DNA of 64,000 nucleotides from contig CM126223.1 in assembly GCA_052327205.1 (NCBI GenBank), positions 23,498,001 to 23,562,000 of the forward strand, given 5' to 3'. This document shows, in pieces, positions 25,801-37,800 of the stretch. Within the stretch, counting starts at the first letter, position 1. Each line of letters begins with the position of its first letter. A program made the translations under genes and the position numbers. Origin of the DNA: Somniosus microcephalus (Eukaryota). Under the pieces are notes generated by a model, which saw nothing but the letters and a program-made list of their open reading frames with translations, ran no database searches and had not been told where the DNA came from.

Positions 25801-28800
25801 TCTACATGCAAGGAAAGTGCAACGAGACCTGGGTGTCCTGGTGCACCAGTCGCTGAAGGTAAGCATGCAGGTGCAGCAGTCGGTTATGAAGGCAAATGGT
25901 ATGTTGGCCTTCGTTGCGAGAGGGTTTGAGTACATGAACAAGGATGTCTTGCTGCAGTTGTACAGGGCCTTGGTGAGACCACATCTTGAGTATTGTGTGC
26001 AGTTTTGGTCGCCTTATCTGAGGAAGGATGTTCTTGCCATGGAAGGAGTGCAGTGAAGATTCACCAGGCTGATACCTGGGATGGCAGGAATGACGTATGA
26101 GGAGAGATTGGGTCGATTGGGCTTATATTCGCTGGAGTTCAGAAGAATGAGAGGGGATCTCATTGAAACTTATAAAATTTTAAACAGGACTAGACAGACT
26201 AGATGCAGGAAGGACGTTCCCGATGGCCGGGGAGTCCAGAACCAAGGGTCTCAGTCGAAGGATAAGGGGTAAGCCATTTAGGACTGAGATGAGGAGGAAT
26301 TTCTTCACCCAGAAAGTGGTGAACCTGTGGAATTCTCTACCACACAAGGCAGTTGAGGCCAATTCATTAAATATATTCAAGAAGGAGTTAGATATATTTC
26401 TTAAGGCTAAAGGGATCAAGGGGTATGGGGAGAAAGCAGGGACAGGGTAATGAATTTGGATGATCAGCCATGATTTCATTAAATGGCGGAGCAGGCTCGA
26501 GGGGCCGAATGGTCTACTCCTGCTCCTATCTTCTATTTGATCATTGCGGTCGAATTGCTTCAAAGACTGATGGTTTGAAGTGAAGTGATAATAGCAAATT
26601 AATAAATGGGCACCATCTATTCTATATTAATTGAATTTAAATGTTCTGGGGCTGTCATTTATACGAGGTTGTTGACCAACACATTAAAGTTGGAACAAGT
26701 AGTGAGTAATGGCTTATTGACCATGACACTGAATTCTGAATCCACCCCTCCATCACTGCAGTGTGTACCATCAACAACAATTTGCATTTATATAAGCTCC
26801 TTTAACATAGTAAAACATCACAGTGCTTCACAGGAGTGATCAGACAAAATTAGAGAGCAAACCACAAAGCACGAGTGGCTGGCAAGAGTCAGTAAGGGTC
26901 TGGGGAGGAGGAGAGGAAGACTGGGGAATGGGATTGGAGGCCTGGGGAAAGAGACAGGCAATGGGAGTCGGTCGAGAGGGAGACTGGGGAATGGGATTGG
27001 AGGCCTGGGGAAAGAGACAGGCAATGGGAGTCGGTCGAAAGGGAGACTGGGGAATGGGAGGGTCAGAGAGAGATTGGGGGAATGGGGTCAGAGAAAGAGG
27101 GAAAATGGGGGACAGGAGGCGGGAAATGGGGTCGGGGGGAAATAGGGGCCAGGAGGAAGGAAACAGAGTGAGAGAGGGGCAATCCCAGAGTGGAGGCTCA
27201 GTCGTTGAGTATATTCAAGACCAAGATCAATAGATTTTTGGACACTAAGGGAATCAAGGGATATGGGGATAGTGTGGGAAAGTGGAGTTAATGAATAGCA
27301 GAGCGGGCTCGAGGGGCTGAATGGCCTACTCCTAATTCTTAAGTTCTAATTAGGGCGTGGCTAAACGCTTGTTCAAAGGAGGTGTCTTAAAAGGTGGTCA
27401 GAGGGAGGGGGGAGGGGAGGGGATTCCAGATCTTGGGGCCGAGACAACTGAAAGCACAGCCACTAAATCTACAGAATGTACTGCAGAATTTCACCAAAAT
27501 TATTTCCAGAGGCCCTACTCCACTGAGACTATATAACTAAGGAGGACAACAGTAACAATATCATTGGAACACCAGCATCTACATCACATCATTCTGACTT
27601 GGACTGGTTTGTCGGGTTTTCAAAAATACATTATAGGCTGAATATGTAGCAAGAGCCCAATACATGTTCTCAGCCTTCACACAATACTCAAATCCAGAAT
27701 ATTAACACTGGCAAATGACCATGGAATGATACAGCACAGGAGGTAATTCAGCTCATCGTGCTTTGGTACTCATTACCTGTCCCACTCCCCCACTCTTTTC
27801 CCAGAACCCTGCAATTTTTTTCCCTTTAAGTATTTATCCAATTCCCTTTTGAAAGTTACGATTGAATCTGCTTCCACCGCCCTTTCAGGCAGTGCATTCC
27901 AGGTCACAACAGCTCACTGTATAAAAGAAAATGCTTGCTCATGTCACACCTTTGGTTCTTTTGCCAATCACCTTAAATGTATGTCCACTGGTTACTGACC
28001 CTCCTGCCACTGAAAAGTTTCTCCTTATTTACACTATCAAAACCATTCATGAATTTCAACACCTTTATCAAATCTCCTCTTAATCTTCTTTGTTCGAAGG
28101 AGAACAACCCCAGCTTCTCCAGTCTCTCCACATAACTGAAGTCTCTCATCCCAGGTACCATTCTAGTAAATGTCTTCTGCACCCTCTCCAAGGCCATGAC
28201 ATCATTCTTAAAGTGTAGTGCCCCGAACGGAACACAAAACTCCAGCTGAGACCTAACCAGTATATAAAGGTTTAGCATAACTTCTTTGCTTTTGTAATCT
28301 ACAGGAAACTTTCGATTAACCGGCCCCGAAATAACCAGAACGCTCTATCCACCGGCAAAATTCAGGAGTCGGTTCAGGTAACTTTTTTTTACTTTTATTA
28401 CTTTTTTTACTCCATTTGTTGCTGTGCAAGGGTGTAACTGAAGCTGTTGCTAAGCTACAGAGACGCTTGCAACTTGTGCCGATTGTTTTGAAGACAAGGT
28501 TTGTTGCTTTATACGGAGCTCTGAGCTCCGTATCTTTTACTATAGCGTTCGGTTATCCGGAATTGTTGATGAACCAGCACCACGTCGGTCCCGTCCGTGC
28601 CGGATACCAGAAAGTTTCCTGTATTCCTCTTAATAAAGCCAAGGATCCCATATGCTTTCTTAACAGCTTTCTCAACTTGTCCTGCCACCTTCAAAGATTT
28701 GTGTACATACACCCCCAGGTCTCTGTTCCTGCACTCATTTTAAAATTGTATTTAAATTTATATTAAATCTCCTCATCCTACTAAAATATATTGCTTCACA

Positions 28801-31800
28801 CTACTGCGTTAAATTTCATCTGCCATGTGTCTGCCCATTTCACCAGTCTATGTCCTCCAGAAATCTGTTACTCTCCTCCTTACCGTTTACGACATGTCAG
28901 AGTTTTGCGACATCTGCAAATTTTGAAATCATACTCTGTATGCCCAACCCCAGGTCATTAATATATATCAAAAAGAGCAGTGGTTCCAATACCGATGCCT
29001 GGGGAACACCACTGTATACTTACCTTCAGTCTGAAAACCAACCATTCATCACTGCTCTTTGCTTTCTGTCCCTTAGCCAATTTAGTATCTGCACTGCCAC
29101 TGTCCCTTTAATCCCATGGGCTTTAATTTTGCTAACAAGTCTATTGTGTGGGACTTTGTCAAATGCCTTTTAAAAGATAAGAGAAGAAAAGCACTGATTT
29201 TGTAGGGAATGTCTTTCCAATTCTAGAGAGTCTCAGGTCTGCTGACCACCAGCAAGGAGAATCATATTTTGAGTGAGCAACCAAAGTAACCCTTACTGCT
29301 GAAATATAGTGACTGGAATCATGGAAGCAAGCAGATGATTCACAAGTGGGGAGATGGTCCTACCCAAAACAATCTGAACGAAGTCTTCAAAAAATTCTCA
29401 TTTGTTTGACGTTAAGTGAAAACAAAGTACAACAAATATAATCAGAAGGGAAAAGACATTTTCCCCATTTCCCACACCAACCATGCTGTGGCCCCTCTGA
29501 GAGGAGACAAGTTTTTTTTCTTCTACTTAAGGAAATACGTGTGTTCATCTTGACAAGGGCTTTAGTGCTGGGAATAGAATTCTTCCCATTTCCAGCACCC
29601 AAAGTCAGCATCAAGCACTTCCAGGTCAGTTCTGGGATAGCACAACCAAATGGAAAGTAAAGCCCTCCACTCTGTCGCAACCCCAAACTGAAGAGCACCT
29701 GTGACTGCAGTGTGACATTTTCCCCATTTCCCACATCAACCATGCTGTGGCCCACCTCTGAGATTTCCAATCTGTGCCTAATTAGGGACAGATTTGTGCT
29801 CTAAGCCCATGCCCATTAGGAATTGGAATAATACGGTCCAAAAACATTTCACATTGCAACATTAACAGACAGCAAACAGGCACAGTATTCCCTGCGTATC
29901 ACTGGACTATGCTGAATAATTAATGCAGCAGAGAAAAGGATTCTGGCTGTACACACAACAGGCTCAATCTGCCAGATATTTCTCAAGTTGCTGTGCCGAC
30001 ACTTAAGATATTTGTTCTAATCCTTGAACACATACTGCAACAAAAATAAGTAGTTACAGGTTGTTAGCACAGGCCCATTATTACACACCTGAAGTGGCAA
30101 TCAAATTCGCACAGTTCTGCATCTTCTTCAAACTGTCCAGCAGAGGGTTGGAGACTATGGCAGAAATGGAGGTGGTTGGGTCAGCAGAGCTTTCTACTGC
30201 CGGGGCCGTAAATGTTATCGACAGCGAGGGCGCTGCTGCTGTCGTCACAGGCGCTGGTGACTTTGAAGGCTCTGTTAACAACAAGAAGCGTCAGTTAAGT
30301 CTCATCGATAACATGTTCAAAAGTGTCAGTGAACTTTAACCTGCTAAGAGTCGACGCTACATGGTGATACCCAGTTAACAGGAAGCTGGTTGGATCATTG
30401 CTGCACCAAAAATGTAGTTAAATCTCAAAGTAAATGTAACTATACAAACAGATTGGAAATGAAAGTATTTTGAGAGTTAAGTACTGCACCCTGTTCATTA
30501 ACCACTTTTTATGAATTTCTGCAGAAAATTTTTTCATTATAAATGGAAAGAGCTCAAAGCTTTTTGCCTTCATACACTGTTTGGGTGCACACCATGGAGC
30601 CAAACAGCCAACAAATTATTTAAACTCCATGTTCCTATTAATTTGCACATATCTGAAGTTGCTGATACGAACTGAACTCGATATTTTGATTTAGGACTTG
30701 CATCAGTGAGGCAGTAGTCCTAAATGCAGGCATTTCCAAACCTCCAAACACAACATTTAAATTGGAAAAATCAATCAGCAAGAAATAAAAGCGGAACTGT
30801 GGGCTTGCGGGCTACACATAGCTCAAGGCTGTAATTTGGACAGCCCGGTTCAGTAGTGGAGATGCTCCATTCACTATAATGGGAAACACAGGAGTGTTCA
30901 ACTGGGCACAAGGCATTACACATTATCCCTGCAAGCTAGGAATTGGACACAATGATTACCCAGCCATAATAGAATATTCTAAGCCCCCCTGAAGTTGTCG
31001 TGAAGTGTCAGCTGTGGCTCAGTGGGTAGCACACTCGCCTCCGAGTCAGAAGGTTATGGGTTCAAGTCCCACTCCAGGGACTTAAACACATAAAAAAGCT
31101 AGGCTGACACTTCAGTGCAGTGCTGAGAGAGTGTTGCACTGTCGGAGGTGCCGTCTTTCGGATGAGACGTTAAACCGAGGCCCCGTCTGCTCTCTCAAGT
31201 GGACGTAAAAGATCCCATGATCGAAGAAAAGCAGGGGAGTTATCCCCAGTGTCCTGGTCAATATTTATCCCTCAACCAACATAACAAAAATAGATTATCT
31301 GGTCAATAACACATTGCTGTTTGTGGGACCTTGCTGAGCGCAAATTGGCTGCCACATTTCCCACATTATAACAGTGACTCCACTTCAAAAGTACTTCATT
31401 GGCTGTAAAGCGCTTTGAGACGTACGGTGGTCGTGAAAGGCGCTATATGAAGGCAAGTCTTTCTTTCTAAATCGCTTTCTGGTGTAGTAGCGATTCAAAG
31501 ATCAGAATTTCCCAGGTTCCACACTTGGTCTGTGTAGAGTTACCCGACCTTAAACAGGGCAGAACCAAGGGTGCTGCAACTAGCTTTGATACCTCTGGAC
31601 TATGGTAAAGAAAAGAAAAAGAATCACCCAAGGTTCTAGGCCCTGCTCACTACCCAGTGATCTTTACTGGAAATGTATAGACATTGGATGAGCACAGGAC
31701 GAGTGGGGGGGGGGGGGGGGGGGGGGGGAAATACGCTGAGCAGAAATTAAAAAAGTCAAAGAAAAATGAGACAGCAAAAATGCAGGGTAGTGATAGGGGT

Positions 31801-34800
31801 AATGATAACCAGAGTGTGACAGAAGGGACAGAGTGTATAGACATAAGGGCGCATCAGAAAGAGGGGTCAAAGTAGGGAAAAATGGTAAAGAAGACAAAAT
31901 TAAAAGCTCTATATCTGAAAGCACGCAGCATTCATAAGATAGATGAGTTGACAGCACAAATAGAAATAAATGGGTATGATCTGATAGCCATTACAGAGAC
32001 GTGGTTGCAAGGTGACCAAGGCTGGGAACTGAATAGTCAGGGGTATTTGCCATTTCGTAAGAATAGGCAGAAAGGAAAAGGAGGTGGTGTAGCTCTGTTA
32101 ATAAGGGATGAAATCAGTGCAGTAATGAGAAATTATATTGGCTTCGAAGATCAAGACGTAGAATCAGTTTGGGTGGAGATAGAAATCATAAGGCCAAGAA
32201 GTCACTGGTGGGAGTGGTCTACAGGCCCCCAAACAGTAGCCATACTGTAGGACAGAGTATAAATCAAGAAATAAGAGAGGCTTGTAAGAAAGGTACAGCT
32301 ATACTCATGGGAGATTTTAATCTTCATATTGATTGGACAAAGCAAATTGGCTACGGTAGGCTTGAGGAAGAGTTCTTAGAGTGTATAAGGGATGGTTGCT
32401 TGGAACAATACGTTGTGGAACCAACCAGGGAGAAGACTATTTTTAGATCTGGTAATGTGTAACGAGGCTGGATTAATTAATGATCTCGAAGTGAAGGATC
32501 CTCTTGGGAAGAGTGATCATAGCATGGTAGAATTTCAAATTCAGTTTGAGGATGAGAAAGCTAGGTCTCAAACTAGTGTCCTGAATAAAGGTAATTACAA
32601 AGGTATGAAGGCAGGCTTGGTTAAAGTGGGCTGGGAAAATGTTACAGGGCAAGACTGTAGAAAAGCAGTGGCAAACATTTAAGGAGATATTTCATAACGC
32701 TCAGCAAAGATATATTCCAGTGAGAAAGAAAGACTCTAAGAGAAGGATGAACCATCCGTGGCTAACTAAGGAAGTAAAGGATGGTATCAAATTGAAAACA
32801 AAAGCATAATGTTGCGAAGAATAGTGGAAGGCCAGAGGATTGGGAATTTTTTAAAAAACCAGCAAAGGATGACTAAAAAAGATAGCTTATGAGAGTAAGC
32901 TAGCAAGAAATATAAAAACAGACAGCAAGAGCTTCTACAGGTATATAAAAAGAGTAGCTAAGGTAAACATTGGTCCCCTAGAGGAAGAGTCTGGGGAATT
33001 AATAATGGGAAACAGCAAAATGGCGGAGACTGTGAACAAATATTTTGTATCGGTCTTCATGGTAGAAGACACAAAGCATCCCAATAATGGATAACCAAAG
33101 GGCAATTGGGGTTTTGGGGGGGGGGGGAAAAAGGGGGGGAGAAAGAGACTTAAAACAATCACTATCACTAGAGAGAACTAATGGGACTAAAGGTGAACAA
33201 GTCCCCTGGACCTGATGGCCTGCATCCTGGCGTTTTAAAAAGAGGTGGCTGCAGAGATAGTGGATGCATTGGTTGCAATCTACCAAAATTCCCTGGATTT
33301 TGGAGGTCCCAACGGACTGGAAAACCGCAAATGTAACACCCCTATTTAAGAAAGGAAGACAGAAACCAGGCAACTGTCGACCAGTTAGCCGAACATCTGT
33401 CATTGGGAAAATGCTGGAGTCCATCATTAAGGAAGTGGGAGCAGGACAATTAGAAAATCATAATATAGTCAAGCAGAGTCAGCATGGTTTGATGAAAGGG
33501 AAATCATGTTTGACAAATTTGCTGGAGTTCTTCGAGGGTGGATAAAGGGGAACCGGTAGATGTCATGTATTTGGATTTCCAGAAGGCATTCGATAAGGTG
33601 TCACATAAAAGGTTACTACACAAGATAAGAGCTCATGGAGGTGGGGGTAATATATTAGCATGGATAGAGGATTGGCTAACTAACAGAAAACAGTATCGAG
33701 ATAAATGGGTCATTTTCAGGTTGGCAAACTGTAACTAGTGGGGTGCCTCAGTGACCAGTGCTGGGGCCTCAACTATTTACAATCTATATTAACGACTTGG
33801 ATGAAAGGACCGAGTGTAATGTAGCCAAATTTGCTGATGATACAAAGATAGGTGGGAAAGCAAATTGTGTGGAGGACGCAAAGAATCTCCAAAGGGATAT
33901 AGATAGGCTAAGTGAGTGGGCAGGAATCTGGTAGATGTGGGAAAATGCGAGGTTATCCACTTTGGTAGGAAAAATATAAAAGCAAAATTATTTAAATGGG
34001 GAGCGATTACAAAATGCTGAGGTACAGAGGGATCTGGGGGTCCTTGTACATGAATCAAAGTTAGCATGCAAGTACAGCAAGTAATTAAAAAGGCAAATGG
34101 AGTGTTGGCCTTTATTGCAAAGGGAATGGAGCATAAAAGTAGGGAAGTCCTGTTACAACTGTACAGGGCGCTGGTGAGACCACACCTGGAGTACTGCATA
34201 CAGTTTTGGTCTCCTTATCTAAGGAAGGATATACTTGCTTTGGAGGCAGTTCAGAGAAAGTTCACGAGGTTGATTCCCAAGATGAAAGGGTTGTCTTATG
34301 AAGAAAGATTGAGCAGGTTAGGCCTATACTCACTGGAGTTTAGGAGGGGGGATCTTATTGAAACATAAGGTTCTGAAGGGGCTTGACAGGGTAGATGCAG
34401 AGAGGATGTTTCCCCTTGTGGGGGAATCTAGAACTAGGGGGCATAATTTCAGAATAAGGGGGGCACCCATTTAAAACGGAAATAAGGAGGAATTTCTTTT
34501 CAGAGGGTCGTGAATCTTTGGAATTCTCTACCCCAGAGAGCTGTGGAGGCTGGGTCATTGAATATATTTAAGGTGGAGATAGACAGATTTTTGAATGGTA
34601 AGGGAGTCAAGGGTTATGGGGAGTGGGCAGGGAAGTGGAGTTGAGGCCAAGATCAGATCAGCCATGATCTTATTGAATGGCGGAGCAGGCTCGAGGGGCC
34701 AAATGACCTACTCCTGCTCCTACGTCTTATGTTCTTTATTATCCACAGCTGAACAGCCTGTTATTCACTTTCTAGGCTCACATGGAAAATGGCCAGTTGG

Positions 34801-37800
34801 CTGAGGTGCCAGAGGGCTGCCAGCATCCATGTAACTGCACCCCAGGATGAGGAGAGAAAAACATTAAGCAGTTTGAATATCTACACAGCTTTATTGTTAT
34901 AGAGATTCTAGGATATAAAGAGAGATATTTCCTGATGTATTCTTTTGCTAAACCTCAGCGGTGGAGCATTTCTTTTAATTCATTTGATTAAGCAAGCACA
35001 GCTGAAACTACAGAAAAAACAAAATCGAGTAGACACTTCCTTTGTACACTCCCATATTCTACATTAATACATTTCATTCTGCGTGAATTAAATAACCCAA
35101 GATATACTTTAACGCGTTGAGTACAAATCAGGTTAAAAACACTGGACAGAGCATAGTCATGAAATGTAATTAAGTTTGACAAGTCTCTTAACCATAGAAC
35201 ATAGGCCACAAAGACAAACTTCACCCCAAATTTTGCCTTACCTTCCTTTTCCTGCAACACTTTTTTAATTCTGTCAAGACCGGCTTTCTTTTCGGAGTCC
35301 ATATCATCCGCTGTAATGGTGTACCCTAGCTCTAGCGGAGGATGCTGAAGGAAAGAGGCATTCAATCAGCAGAATAATCTTTTATCAATTCATTTTCTCA
35401 GCAACTTGAAAGAGAAACAAATTTATACTGCTAAAAGTACAAGCGGTGCTGGGGTTATAATGCTATTTTACAGGCATCAGTGTCAGTTTTGCTCAGTTGG
35501 CAGCATAGACATAGAAACATAGAAGATAGGAGCAGGAGTAGGCCATTCGGCCCTTCGAGCCTGCTCCGCCATTCAATGAGATCATGGCTGATCATCCAAA
35601 TTCAGTACCCTGTCCCTGCCTTCTCCCCATATCCCTTGATCCCTTTAGCCTCAAGAAATATATCCAACTCTTTCTTGAATATATTTGATGAACTGGCCTC
35701 CACTGCCCTCTGTGGCAGAGAATTCCACAGGTTCACCACTCTCTGGGTGAAGAAATTCCTCCTCATTTCAGTCCTAAATGGCTTACCCCTTATCCTTAGA
35801 CTGTGACCCCTGGTTCTGGACTCCCCAGCCATCAGAAACATCCTTCCTGCTTCTAGTCTGTCCAGACCTGACAGAATTTTATAGGTTTCGATGAGATCCC
35901 CTCTCAATCTTCTAAACTCCAGTGAGTATAAGCCCAATCGACGCAATCTCTCCTCGTACGTCATTCCTGCCATCCCAGGTATCAGCCTGGTGAATCTTCG
36001 CTGCACTCCTTCCATGGCAAGAATGTCCTTCCTCAGATAAGGCGACCAAAACTGCACACAATACTCAAGGTGTGGTCTCACCAAGGCCCTGTACAACTGC
36101 AGCAAGACATCCTTGTTCCTGTACTCAAACCCTCTCACTACGAAGGCCAACATACCATTTGCCTTCTTAACCGCCTGCTGCACCTGCATGCTTACCTTCA
36201 GCGACTGGTGCACAATAACACCCAGGTCTCGTTGCACTTCCCCTTCTCCCAATCTATTGCCATTCAAATAATAATCTGAAAGGAAGAGTGACCCCGACGT
36301 GATGTGAACACGCAGCCTTCTGATCTCTATCATCTCAGAGTCAGACGGTTGTGGGCTCAAACCCCACTCCCAAAACTGTAGAAAATTTAGACAGGCACTG
36401 CAATGCAGTACTGAGGGAGTGACGCATTGTTGGCAGTGTTTTTGGCAGATGAGACTTTAAACCAAGGCCCAGTCTGTCTGTTTAGTTGAATGCAAGAGAT
36501 CTTATGGCACCATTCAAAAAGGAGCAGGTCGTTCTCCCAGTCAACATTTATCCCTCAACCAACACCACTAAGAAGTGGCCATTTATCTTGTTTGCTGGTT
36601 GTGGGACCTTGCTGTCTGTAAATCTGTTGCCACATTAGCCTACATGACAAGAGACTAATTCAGTGCCTGTGAACCCGCGGGATGCCGCGAGGACATGAAA
36701 GGCAGTATGTAAATGCATGCAATTTAAAATAAATCCAATCAACTGCTGTTCAGTAAAAACACTGAACTCTACAAGTTCATTGCAAAACATTTGTTGCACT
36801 ATTTCCCATATCATGTGCAGTGTATTGGCGATCTTCTAAAGGTGAACAATTAAATTTATAAAAAGTAACAATGCTCCTTCCTTGCCTGAAAGCAGTGACA
36901 TGCTGAGGTATAGCCCCAGTTGCGGTGGGATTTTACCAAAGTAGTTATTCTTCATGAGCGAGTTAACACGGTGAATGTCCATAAACTATTAATCATAGTT
37001 TGCATCATAGTCAACCACACCCTGACCTCATTCAACGTCCATGCATGCTCACATTCCAGTAGCAGGCAACGAACAAGTTAGGAGCAGAAGCGCTAATGCG
37101 CTGATATTTCTTAATCCAGGGGCAATGACGTCAAATCACAGTGGCATGTCTGCTCTTCATTTTATTTGGTTCTAAAAGATGATGGGTTATCTCATTTAAC
37201 GGATTGATTTTAGCTACGAGTTACTATGAGCAGTGGAATAGCTCGGAAATCAATTAACAATAAGCAGCATAATACTCAACCAGAGTAAGCTGATCGCCTT
37301 TGCGTTTCGATAGGAGAGGAATCTTCCGTTTCCGTTTTCCATCACCCTCCGAGGGAGAAGAGTCCACTATTGAGGGTGGCATTTTTGACAATGGAGACAC
37401 TGTTTCTAGAAACAGAAGAGAGAGTTTTATATCAATAGTTTCTTTTAAAAATCAAAAAAGCCTATTCCAGGTTAGGATTAGTGTTGTCAAGGTATCGGTA
37501 CCGAAGTGCCACAGGAAAAAAGGAAATGTGTTAATTCGTTACTTGTGTACTCTTAATACACCACCACCCCCTGTATAAAGGGAGAGAGAAACTGGGGTGG
37601 GAAATGGGGCTTGTGGCATTCATTTTCACCATGACAGTGCAGAACAGGTTTAATGGTCTTTTCCTGTCCGCCATTTTTGTTTGTATATGCATTAACCTAC
37701 ATATAATATATCCATATTAAAATCCATCTGTCACATCTCAGCCTATCTGAATTCTGAGTCTCTGAGATAGCAATGTCCTTCATACTGGTTACCTTCCCAC

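Noticed and set aside
31007-31080. Functional tRNA gene (also considered at 38350-38428)
   Set aside because: These are A/B-box SINE heads that continue into SINE body and tail, with no proper acceptor stem or terminator
35602-36360. 252-aa ORF as a host gene
   Set aside because: It is the CR1 ORF2 C-terminus, with an N-terminal extension read through the tRNA fragment and SINE from a non-ATG start
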